Made by a program: the position numbers and the translations under genes | Shown: positions 10,213 to 20,000 of the stretch, piece by piece | Layout of the letters: each line of letters opens with the position of its first letter | How positions within the stretch are numbered: position 1 is the stretch's first letter | Notes under the pieces: model-generated | What the model saw: only the letters and a program-made list of their open reading frames with translations | What the model was told of the DNA's origin: nothing | The model's database searches: none | NCBI GenBank assembly: GCA_013265495.1 | Contig: MU057947.1 | Span: forward strand, 1,630,076-1,650,075 | DNA length: 20,000 bases | Direction of reading: 5' to 3' | Source of the DNA: Vicugna vicugna | Lineage: Eukaryota

Positions 10213-11763
10213 GCCGCCCCACCTCCCAACACCCGCCAGACCCATGGCTGTCCCACCCCTGCCGGTCCAGGGTGCTGCGGAAATACATCAGTTACCAATC
10301 TGGGGACGTGCTGAGAATATACCAGGTTCTATTTCTAACAAGGGTTTTCACGCATCAGGGTTATAATATGGATTAATTCAACCTCATACGAAACATGCAA
10401 AGAAAAAAATCTGTTTGCTCAGCCCATTAGGGAATCTTATTTATAGACCAACTATTTCAGGAGAACTTACATTCTTTGCTTCTTAGGCAATTATGTGGAC
10501 TTTTGAAAAAAGAAAATTACCAGTGGATTCACAATTGTATCACATTCCGAAGGGTGTAATTAGGGTTCCTTTGTAATAAATTTTCATTAGTTAAAAATAG
10601 ACGTGTGGAAGCAAGGCTTGCATTGTTGTAACTTGAAATAAGATTAATAGGAACATTGTGGATTCAGCGATGATCACATATTACAGCTTATTCAACAAAA
10701 TACTCTGTTTTGAACCCCTGGACACCTTCCAGACAGCAAAGTGATCGGTTCCATTAGGATCAATCAAAAGCAAAGGCAAGCTCGCTAAATATATTTTTAA
10801 TGTTCTTATGGCTAAATACTTTGGGGACAAAAATTAAATTCTAATATTTAAAACGATCAAAAATTAGTTCAAGCCAAAATCGTACCGAGGGTGAGAGGCA
10901 GCGTCCCAAGGGCACCGTGGGAACCCGGGTGGGGACGACCTTGTGTCTCGGGAGGGTCCTGCCGTGTGGCTGTGGCCTCGCTAGGTTGACATACTGCACT
11001 GGGACATTTTACAGGTCAAGTTTAGGCTGGAAGTGGCTTGGTCTTGTCCAGCCCTTCCTCTGCAGAGCTGGGGTCTTTACCGCGAGGAGTGGCATGCATG
11101 GCCCCGGCCGCCTGTCCCCACTATGGAGACGTCACGCTGGCCATGCCTTCCTCGGAGCCCTGCTGCCCGCTCTGCCCCTCCCCTCATCCCTCCAGGTGCC
11201 ACTGTGCCCGTCCAGCTGAGCCGCTGACAGGCGTGCGTGTGCACATGAGCGTGTCTGTCGTGGTGGTAATCCACAATGCCAGGCTTTTCTGACTCTGCCC
11301 CTGTGCACAGGACAGCTCATTATTTCGCAGAAGTCAGCGCAATTAGATTTTAGACACAGCAAGTCCCTTTATGGACAACAACCTTTAATTAGCTCATCTG
11401 GGGCAGAAGGAACTCGGGCCACTGGCCCTGGCACATCCGTGTGCCCAGAGGTCGCCTCTCAGACTCACAGACACGCCTCTTTCCGCCTCCAGAATCTTCC
11501 GGTGGAGCCATCCTGAGGTCGGAATGGTCGCCCTGGCAGAGGAATTACAGCTGCTGAACAGCCGCCTGTTACAGTTCAAGGGAAAGCGGCTTTTTACTGT
11601 CTTGTCTGTGAAGGGAGGGGAGGCTGGGTGGGGGAGAGCGAGAGCGAGAGCGAGAGAGGTTGGGAGTGATTCAGAAAACCGCGCGGACTTTACAGCAGGC
11701 GCACCCCGGGAGGGGCATTTCTCAGCAAATCTGAGACCCCTCACGTTGACTCGAGTCTCACTA

Positions 11764-12592
11764 CCGCTGCCCCCGTAGCCCTGGGGAACGCGTTCCAAGA
11801 CCCCCAGCAGACGCCTGACGCCTTGGCTAGTGCAGGGCCTTAGAGATACAGACGTAGATACAGATACAGGTTTCCCTACGCAGCCACGCCTATGACAAAC
11901 TGTAATTTATGAATCAGGCACCATAAGAGTTTAACAACAAAAACCAACAACAAAAGAGGACAATTACAACAATGTGCTGCAATAAAACTGATGTGAATGT
12001 GGTCTCTCGCTCTCAAAATATCTTACTATGTAAATGCAATAGCTTTTGCATCTTAACTCAGCCCTCAGCACGCACTGCGGCCACAGCTCTGGCGGCAGGG
12101 CTGTGAGGGCAGCAAAACCAGCACAGAGCTCTTCCTCCTGCACAACTGCGTGGACAGAAGACCCCACCTTACCCTCGATCTAGCAACTTCAGCTTCAGTC
12201 ACTTTTCTTTTTCAGTCGGGGACGTTCACTTAAAAGAAGCGTGGTGTGGATTCTCTTTGGTAGCTCCAAATTGCCGGCATTGCTACTCTTTGCTTTGGGG
12301 CCACTAAGTAAAACCAGGGTCACTGGGACACAAGCACTTGACACTGAGAATGTGGACGTGACACCCTCGGTGGCTAAGGGACCAGCGGGCGGGACACAGT
12401 GGGGTGATTTGCGATCTGGGCGGGACGGCGCTGATGGTGCGAGATTTCATCTCGCTGCTCAGAACAGCACGCAATTTGAAACACACGGATTGTTTATTTC
12501 AGGAATTTTCCATTGAATATGTTTAGCCCTGGTTCGACCGCAGATGACGTGAAACTGCCGAAAGGGGATGCTCAGATAAGGGGGGGCGACCG
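11764..12592 (-). mobile_element. MER44/Tigger7 non-autonomous DNA transposon (TcMar-Tigger), about 830 bp, with both ends and a decayed 5' transposase remnant
   Basis: Left end ta|ccgctgcccccgtagccctggggaacgcgttccaagacccccag and right end gataagggggggcgaccg match the degenerate TIR CAGTAGTCCCCCCTTATCC. Diagnostic blocks include tgtgaatgtggtctctcgctctcaaaatatctta and ttgtttatttcaggaattttccattgaatat. The minus strand from 12304 reads VAPK(frameshift)KSSNAGNLELPKR...SSVHAVVQEEELCAGFA, versus recalled Tigger7 MAPKRKSSDAGNSDMPKR...SSIREIVKKEKEIRASFA. Confidence 0.92.
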
Positions 12593-13839
12593 CGTACAAG
12601 TATCATCATCATCACAGCAGTCAGATGGGCGGAGGCTCAGAGCACGGAGCTGGACGGGTCAGGTCCAAACCTCATCTGGGGCAGATGCGTCCCGCACGCC
12701 TCAGTGTCCTCACGTGGCCAGTGACAGTGCCCCCTGGCAGGGTTGTGCGAATCCGATGAGATGTTCCAGGTCACTCCGTCGGAGCAGCCCTCACTCCATG
12801 CGTGCCCCCCGCCTCTCCCTCCATCCTCTCCTCTAGCACTCGCCTTTGAGAGACTTGGAAGAAATAGAAGACTTGCTATGACCACTGTCTGAATGCAGGC
12901 GTGGGATGGAAAGAGAAATGAACGCCGACTCAGGCTGAGATGGGGCTGCACCCCAGTGATGGCACCTCCTCCAGAGAAACTGCTGGCATCTGAGCAGCAC
13001 CTTGTTCTGGAGAAGAACCATGGGGGATGGACCGTGGGGCTGAGGGTGTCTGTGACGCTCGGGAGAGGACGCTGTCCGCACGACCTGGGGAGAACTGTGG
13101 GTGCTTGCTGGACCCTGTCTTTGGTAAAATGGGTAATTTGGGAAGGATGAGTCTGACACACCCCCAAGCAGCCCTGTAGTGAGAACGCGCCCGTGTTTTC
13201 AGTCCTGTTGAAATATTTAAATGTCTTGATTCTGGCATCAGTTTATTAGCTCTGTCTCCCAGGTTTGCAGTTCCTCTAAATGTGATAAGCGGGCCTCCTG
13301 CATCCAATTTGCTCATAAAAATGTTCAGCAGGAAATGTCAAAAGTAGATGCCTCCGGCAGGTCCCACCAGCCTCTCCGTGTGGGCAACAACCATTCTCAC
13401 TGGCTGGTGAAGGGCCGGGAGGATGTCTGGGCAGCCCTGGCCTGCCTCCTGCAGAACCCGTGTCTGCTCGTGCTGTGGCTCCCATCTGGGGTCCCTGCTG
13501 GTGGCATCTGAGGCTGTGCAGCCCCTTGTAAGGAGGGCCACTGAGTGACCTGGGTTTTGCTCAAACCCACATCTCTCCCTCCCTGCCCTTGGGTGGCTTC
13601 CCAGTTGGAGGGTGGCTGGGACTGTGTTCCTGCTTAACCTGCCAACTGCCTGTAACCAGTGACCCCTGGGTGCCACATGCTGCTAGTCCCCCGGGGCCTG
13701 CAGGTTTTATTCTAGAACATTCAGATCTTCTGTTTGCCCACCGTCTGCACTGGGTACCTCCTATGGCCCTCTGCAGGGCCTACAAGCCCTCAGTCCAGAC
13801 CAGGTCCACAAGCTGGTGGCCCGGCCACAACTTCTCATC

Positions 13840-13935
13840 ATTTCACTTCTTCTCCATTTCTTTCATCTCAAGAGTATAAATTATAATAGTACTTGCCACT
13901 TAAGAATTGTCCGTAAGAATTAAATTAAACAATGA
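13840..13935 (+). mobile_element. MIR 3'-half fragment
   Basis: ttctttcatctcaagagtataaattataatagtacttgccacttaagaattgtccgtaagaattaaattaaacaatg resembles tttcctcatctgtaaaatggggataataatagtacctacctcatagggttgttgtgaggattaaatgagataatg. Confidence 0.6.
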
Positions 13936-13984
13936 GAATGACTGATACTTGCTGAAAATGCTGCCAAACCCTTTCCTCCCTCTT

Positions 13985-14075
13985 TACCTGTATCATCACA
14001 TCCAGTCCCCATCACAACCCTGTGGGGCAGCCATGCTTCTCATCCCCAGTTTATAGCCGGGAAAACTGAGGGGCA
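13985..14075 (-). mobile_element. MIR fragment, inverted relative to the neighbouring MIR
   Basis: tcacatccagtccccatcacaaccctgtggggcagccatgcttctcatccccagtttatagccgggaaaactgaggggca resembles reverse MIR tcatttaatcctcacaacaaccctatgaggtaggtactattattatccccattttacagatgaggaaactgaggca. Confidence 0.75.
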
Positions 14076-14112
14076 TGTAGGATCCTCAGCACAATGGCAG
14101 GTCTGTAAATAG

Positions 14113-14430
14113 TAATGATGATTATGGGGGTGGTGGTGGTGATGGTGGTGGTGGTGGTGATGTTGGTGGTGGTGGTGATGGTGGTGATGGTGGTGGTGAC
14201 GGTGGTGGTGATGATGGTGGTGGGGGTGGTGGTGGTGATGGTGGTGATGGTGGAGGTGATGGTGGTGGTGATGTTGGTGGTGGTGGTGATGGTGGTGGTG
14301 GTGATGGTGGTGGTGACGGTGATGGTGATGATGGTGGTGGGGGTGATGGTGGTGATGGTGGAGGTGATGGTGGTGGTGATGTTGGTGGTGGTGATGTGGT
14401 GGTGGTGGTGATGGTGGTGGGGGTGGTGGC
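14113..14430. repeat. (TGG/TGA)n trinucleotide-based repeat, about 320 bp
   Basis: Seen directly. It produces the poly-His, poly-Val/Met and poly-Pro ORFs in the track. Confidence 0.97.
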
Positions 14431-15783
14431 ATAATAGTGATAATAATGCTGATTCTTTACCTTCCTTGTCTCTGACAGCTTCTGACCATCCACATCAACC
14501 CTCCCCAAGCTGGGTTCCAGCCTTCTGTTTAGCTGGGTGACATCTCATCTTTTATTTAATTTAATGGATTGGGGAGACCTGTTCTGTCCTCTGGCAAAAA
14601 GGGCTAAGAATTTATCATCAAAATACTGCCAGCCTGCAACTCCGGTGTGAGACACAGTATGAAATTCTGCAAGAATCAAAGTTTCTGTGAATTTCTTTGC
14701 CTTACGGGGCCTCAGACATTCCACCGTATGAGTTGTAACAAATGGTCTTTAGATGTGGCAAACTTGGAAAGATCTGTGTGCTCCAGTTTTTAGCCTGGAT
14801 GCTGCAGCCTGGGAGCGTGCCTCTGGCTGCTGGTGGAAGATTGGAACGTTGATCGGGGGTCTCCAGGCCCTGGGGCGGGCTAGGGTGCAGGGCATCTGGG
14901 GCGCACTGCCCGTCCACGTTGGGGATCGGGATGCAAAGCCAACGGGGGCGTCAAGGAGGCCAGGAAAGAGTCATGGCCACGGGTGCGGCCCTGACTCTGG
15001 CCCTGAGCAGGATGGCGCTGAGCGAGAGCAGCTGTCCTCTGTCCTGACAGAGCAGCCCAGTGAGCAGAGACGAGGCCACAGGATGGGCAGGGGCACAAAA
15101 TCCCCTCGGAGCAGCGCTAGGGCTCTAGGCCAGGGCTGGGCTGTCACAGAGTCTCGGGTACCATCCCCAGCCCCGGCCTCACTGCTCCCCTGCCCTGACT
15201 GTCTGATCACGGCCCACTTGGAAAGCTTCCTGATGTGCCTGGCCCTGCCCAACCCTCTCACCCCTGCTGGTTTTGCCCTGGCCCCTGGTGTGGGTGGTTC
15301 TTCTGGCCTGAAGACACCTGCCAGGGAGGGGCTCTGGGGGTCACTAAAGGCGTTCCCAGTTCTGCCATCCCAGGCAGGATGCCCTGGGGACAGCGGCATA
15401 GACTCAGGGCTGTTTACAAAGCCACAGGTCTTTATAAAAACAACTGGGCAACTAAACCCAGGGCTGATGTGCAAAGACTCACTCACACAGTCAGTGGTCA
15501 CTGACAGCTCGTCTTCCGCGCATGTCAAAGGCCACAAAGAGACACACACCGGCCTAAGAACATGAGACTCCAGCATGGGCGTCGGCACGTAGACCATTCT
15601 CTTACCTCTGGACACTCTAAAGATATACTTTTATAGCAATCTTAATTTGCAGTCCACATTTTTTCTAGCAGTATTTCAAAGAAGCAATGCCCTCACTTTC
15701 TCAATAGCTAACTTTCCCAGGATTCTGGAAATCCTTATATGGAAGTGGAAGAGCTGGTCTCCTCGGCGGGAGGACGGCGCGCG

Positions 15784-15819
15784 CCAGCTGCCCCTCCCAG
15801 CTGCCCCTCCCTGCTGCCC
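15784..15819. repeat. 13-bp tandem repeat (CCAGCTGCCCCTC), about 2.8 copies
   Basis: ccagctgcccctc ccagctgcccctc cctgctgccc seen directly. Confidence 0.8.
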
Positions 15820-18800
15820 GCGCTCACTGCCCGCTGTTGCCTTTGCTCCAGCGGGAACAGCCATCTGACTGTAAAGAGAGCGTTTCCTCCCCTTCTCACA
15901 GGTGGCTCTCTCGAGGTCTGGGCTGGACATGGGGACAGGCTCAGGGGTAGTGGTTGCAGCACCCCCAGACATTGCATTGTTTTGCTTCCTTTCGTCTTTT
16001 GGATGGTGGTGTTCCTCTTTTGTCCCAGCTGGATGCTCCCTGCCCCAGGCGGCCCCCAGGCCGGGGCCAGAACTGCAGGTAGACAGATCCTAGCCTCAGA
16101 CTGTGCGGGCGCCTCAGGGTCACAAGGCGCATGGAGGATGGGCCCACCTCCGCAGGCTGCCTCCAAAGTCCTTAAGGATGCAGCCCCACCCACGGGACAT
16201 GCTCTGGGTGTGCTTTGGCCACTGGTTTGTCAAGAGGAGAACAGTGGACGGCATTTTGGGGAAGGCAGAAAAATAAGCACAAGGGCACTTCGTGCTGATT
16301 CCACGCGCTTGGGTCTCCGGTCCAAGCTCAATCCGGCCCCCCGACAGCACCTTCCTGACGGTAAGATTTTATGGTACAAGGTCAGCTTTGCCACTTACAT
16401 CCAAGGCCATCAACTGAGAATTCTCAGAGTTTACAAACTACCACACTGAGCTACGTTGCAAGCCAAGAGATTTTTCTTGTGCCGCTCGTAATTAAAGAAA
16501 TCTATACCAAATGGCATAGAAACATAAGTAAGCTTCCAAAGCTATGAGACCCAAAATATTTGAAAACTCGAAAGAGTTCCTTTCACTCTGCCGTGCTATG
16601 GAAAGCCATTAATTTAGCAGGAACCCCCTGGCTTGTCAACTAGCAAAAGGCGGAGCCTCCCGGGGGCGCTGGAAGCCCTGCAGACCCCTGGCGATTTCTT
16701 CCTTCATCTGTTTTGTGGGTAATTTCACTCTGGTTTTTAAACTAAATGGCATCCTTTTGCTGAAGCCTAAAAATAATTCAATTCAATTATTGGAAATAAA
16801 TCCTAAGTTCTTTAAATAGACAGCACATTCTGAAATATAAAAAAAACCCTACACATCAGAAGCCGGCAGAAGCCCTGGGCACTACACACAATTCATGTTC
16901 TGGTCCCAGGGAAGGCGTACAATTGTGCGTCAGAAACCCGTGGCATTAAGCAGTGAGCAAGCTCTCTGAAGCGGCACTGACAGGCAGCAGGGAACACTGG
17001 AGTAATTTCAAACTTTTAATTGTGACATATTTCTCTTCCCAGGAAATTTTAGGAGAAGTATCACCTGGCCCTGAATGATGTGCACAAGTGACTTTCTTCC
17101 GTCTGCGTAAGAACATCCAGAATGTGTAAGAACCGGACCCGGGAACACAAGAGATGCCGGCAGCGACAGCACGTCCCAGACACCCACGCGGTCCAGCCCC
17201 TCGTGTCTCGGAGGCCAGGATACGGCAGCTGAAGTCAGACATCAAGGGGCATTGACGTACTTTTTGAAGAGGAAAAATTGCATCATTTATATAAAAGGGT
17301 CGGTCAAAAGGCACTGATTCGGGCAACTTCTCTGAAGCCGGTCTCTCATCAGGGATGCCAGAGTCAACAAATCAAAGTGTGCGGAAGGGGTTAGACGGCC
17401 GAGGAGTCCTTGGACTCACAGACACAACCTTCCCCCAAATGGACCAAAGTGCCCAGATGGCGCTGCTGTCTGTGTAGCTGGGGGACATGCGCGCCGTGCG
17501 GCAGGAGCTTTGGGAAAGGCCACAGGAGGGTGAAGCTCCCCCGGAGTGGGCACAGTTTGTGTAAATCAGCTCATAAGTGAATGCCCGGGACTCATGGAAC
17601 ATTCCAGATCCTCAGTCCAGCCCCCTAACTTCTGCTGAAGCATCTCCTCCCGGATCTCAGTGGCAGAACGGAGCCACCTGGGGACCGAGGCCTGACATGG
17701 GGAGGGAGTCCGGTGCCTGAGCGCCGTCCTCACAGGCAGGGCCCGCGGGCCAAGCGGGGCTGGGGATGGAGGACGGAGGGACAGAAGCTTCCTGCAAAAC
17801 ATCTGTGTTTGCTTCAAAGCCAGAGCTCGGTCACAGAGGACGTCGTCCGGATGATTAAAACCGTGATTAACGCCTGGATGCTGTCAAACACCAAGTGTTG
17901 GGTGTTGGGGGCCAGTCCAGGGGAAGTGACCACCGGCTGCCGCAGGGGGACGTCCCAGCTGCTCTGGACCCCGCTGAGTGTTCCCTCCTACATGAGTTCA
18001 GACGCACCCAACGATGCCTCAGGGGGCTCGTTTGCTTTTGAAGTTGTGTGCATCTATCCAGAGACCAGAGAGACCTGCTTAGCTGACAGCCGTGGTCTAA
18101 GCGTAACAATACAGAGGTGACGCTCGGGTCCCTTTCCTGGAGCCCTTGGCCCCCATCGGAGGCTCTCAGCGTCCACCCTCTGTGGCCCACATGCGCGTCC
18201 TTTGCCCTCGAAAGCGGCTGTCTAAGGAGAAGCTGCGGGGAGGCAAGAAAACAGGGGCCTGTGAGGCTGGGTGGGGCGTGGCTTACTCCGGCACCCCAGG
18301 GAGCCCCTGGTCCTGCCGAACTGCAGCCCCAGGTCTCCTTCACCCCGGGAGGAAGACCCCGCTGCTTCCTTGTCTTGTGGAGCCAATGCTCATCCTTCTC
18401 AGCATTGTTTCTGGGAAGCTCTGTGGCGTCCGCTTGGTACCTGTGAGAACAGCACTACACCTGGGCCCTGGTCAGCAAAACGATTCCGTGAGGGGCGCAC
18501 AGTGGGGAAAGGCCAAAGGTATTGAAATGGAAGGAAAAATGAACCCACTCGGGTCTAAATCCACATGTTGGTGGCCCCCCAGGCATCCATCAGAGGACGC
18601 CCAGCCCCCAACTGCCAGGCAGCCCCGCCTGGCACCCCCCTCCCTCCCTCTCCCTCCCCCCTTCACCGGGAAACCACAGGGTGAGGATGGAAGAGGTGAG
18701 GACGGGTCCAGGTTCTGAGCCAAGACTACATTTTCCTTCAAGGCTGCAAAGATTTGTTATCACAGAAGGCCTACTGCTTCTGAGGCACATTTTTCAGAGA

Positions 18801-19287
18801 AAACACACAGAGTGCAAACATCTTGACAACTGTGCTGGGGTTCCCACTGCAGGCCTAGGGGTCCCACGACAGCGGTGACCAGCCTGCACCTGGTAGCTGA
18901 GGGGACACACAGCCGGGCCGACGTGAGGTGGGGCGGGTCCTGCCGGGATATCGGCTCCACGTCAGTACAAGAAGTGGCCCCTGGGCTCCCTTCCAGAGTC
19001 GCCCTCACCTTTCCCCGCATCGCCCCGTCCGTCTCTCCCCTTCCAGGAACTTAGACGCACAGACCCCGAATTCTACCGCGTTACATGGGACTCCATAGGA
19101 AAGGGGCCACGGACGGAGCCTCGCAGGAGGGTTAAAGGGGCAACGTTCATCCCCCGGCTGGAAAGGAAAGGCCGATCTCCCTCCCTCCTGTGTTGGGACC
19201 ACAACCAAGCCCTGAGAAGCACACTCGGACAGCAGGGTCCCCGCTCCCCTGGTGCCGCGGGAGGTCACCTGGGCCTCCCTCACCCAG

Positions 19288-19386
19288 GTGTCACCGCTTT
19301 GTAGGTGAGAAGCCTGGACATAGGGTGAGATTACTTGGCCCAAAGTCACAAAGTGAGACAGAGACAGAGCCAGAACCGCAGCCCAC
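19288..19386 (-). mobile_element. MIR fragment
   Basis: tgtcaccgctttgtaggtgagaagcctggacatagggtgagattacttggcccaaagtcacaaagtgagacagagacagagccagaaccgcagccca resembles reverse MIR (atccccattttacagatgaggaaactgaggc...gacttgcccaaggtcacacagctagtaagtggcagagccgggattcgaaccca). Confidence 0.65.
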
Positions 19387-19668
19387 CCTCCGCCAGCACA
19401 CTGCCCCACCTGGCACCTCGACGGCTCTCTCCACCCCCACGGGGCCGTGGAAACACAGCCAGGGCTGAGCCAGGGGATGGTGCACGCTGTCCAGCGTCCG
19501 AGGTCCCCACCCAGGCAGGGGCACGGGAGCAGCTGCTCAGACGCACCCTGAGGCCTCCCGCCCTCTGTTTAGGGCTGGATCAGTTCTAGGTTCAGTCAGT
19601 GGGGTCAGAATGACCCCCTAAGCATCCCCTTCCGGAAAGATGCACGAGGAAAGGACATCGCCACCTAC

Positions 19669-19738
19669 CGATTCCTCTTGGTCTTCAGGTTTGGGTCTTC
19701 CCTGCCGTCTTCAGTACCTGACCCGTCGCTGTGGTCGG
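19669..19738 (-). CDS. TCERG1L: TCERG1L internal coding exon (probably exon 8), 70 nt: (x)DHSDGSGTEDGREDPNLKTKRN(R)
   Basis: Not in the ORF track because it is too short. Acceptor is ttaaccgtgttaacctgtattcttcCAG|CC and donor is CG|GTAGGT. Only one frame is open, and it matches recalled human TCERG1L DNSDGSSSEDNREDQDVKTKRNR. It joins in frame to the 8686-8824 exon. Confidence 0.93.
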
Positions 19739-20000
19739 CTGGAAGAATACAGGTTAACACGGTTAATACAAGGCTCAGGGCTTTGGCAAACCACAGGGAA
19801 GCCCCACTTTCAAACAGCCTCATCCTGAAACTAAGAGAACAGATTCCTCTGAAGGATGGACCTTACACCCTGTAACTACACACGCAGTTCATACCTCTCA
19901 TATTTTGGCAGAAGAGACATCGGATGTGCTGCTGTGCAGAGAAGTCGCCTCCGGCCACCCGTGTAGAGGCTGCCAGACCTTCCAGAGGGGCTGGGGGGGG

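Larger units (their letters stand above)
8825..19668 (-). other. TCERG1L: Complete 10,844-bp GT-AG intron of TCERG1L (probably intron 8), phase 2
   Basis: Donor CG|GTAGGT at 19668 and acceptor AAG|G at 8825. Joining gives a CGG (Arg) codon and the continuous peptide KTKRNRTEG. Confidence 0.92.

Noticed and set aside
11964..12304. Functional or domesticated Tigger transposase
   Set aside because: Start codon lost, frameshifted and internally deleted; only a decayed N-terminal remnant remains.
14040..14508. Poly-His, poly-Pro and poly-Val ORFs
   Set aside because: Translations of the TGG/TGA repeat, with no evidence of being coding exons.
14753..15615. 270-aa plus-strand and 214-aa minus-strand ORFs
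   Set aside because: No domain or homology recognised; intronic GC-rich sequence.
17261..17370. Protein-like stretch LPESVPFDRPFYINDAIFPLQK followed by donor-like AAA|GTACGT
   Set aside because: No convincing acceptor, and the TCERG1L peptide is already continuous across this intron.
1..20000. CRISPR array, operon or other prokaryotic/viral system; tRNA or rRNA genes
   Set aside because: No repeat-spacer array, dense gene packing or structural RNA signature; spliced exons and eutherian repeats show mammalian intronic DNA.

Overview
GC-rich, CpG-rich eutherian mammal genomic DNA; nothing here is prokaryotic. The window lies inside TCERG1L (transcription elongation regulator 1-like), transcribed on the minus strand. 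Two coding exons are identifiable: a 70-nt exon at 19669-19738 and a 139-nt exon at 8686-8824. They splice in frame to give ...[69 protein letters not shown]..., the linker and start of the first FF domain (probably exons 8 and 9). The rest is intron. It contains old eutherian repeats (a two-ended MER44/Tigger7 element, MER20, an L1ME-type 3' end, MIR fragments), a (TGG/TGA)n tract with ~110-bp higher-order periodicity, a CA/TG-rich tract, and AT-rich islands that look like enhancers. I saw no Alu, B1/B2, Bov-tA, PRE-1 or Can-SINE, so the species cannot be assigned. Nearly all listed ORFs are chance products of high GC. I found no convincing novel biological system; the findings are regulatory and evolutionary hypotheses. 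Gene and repeat identifications rest on recalled reference sequences, not database searches.
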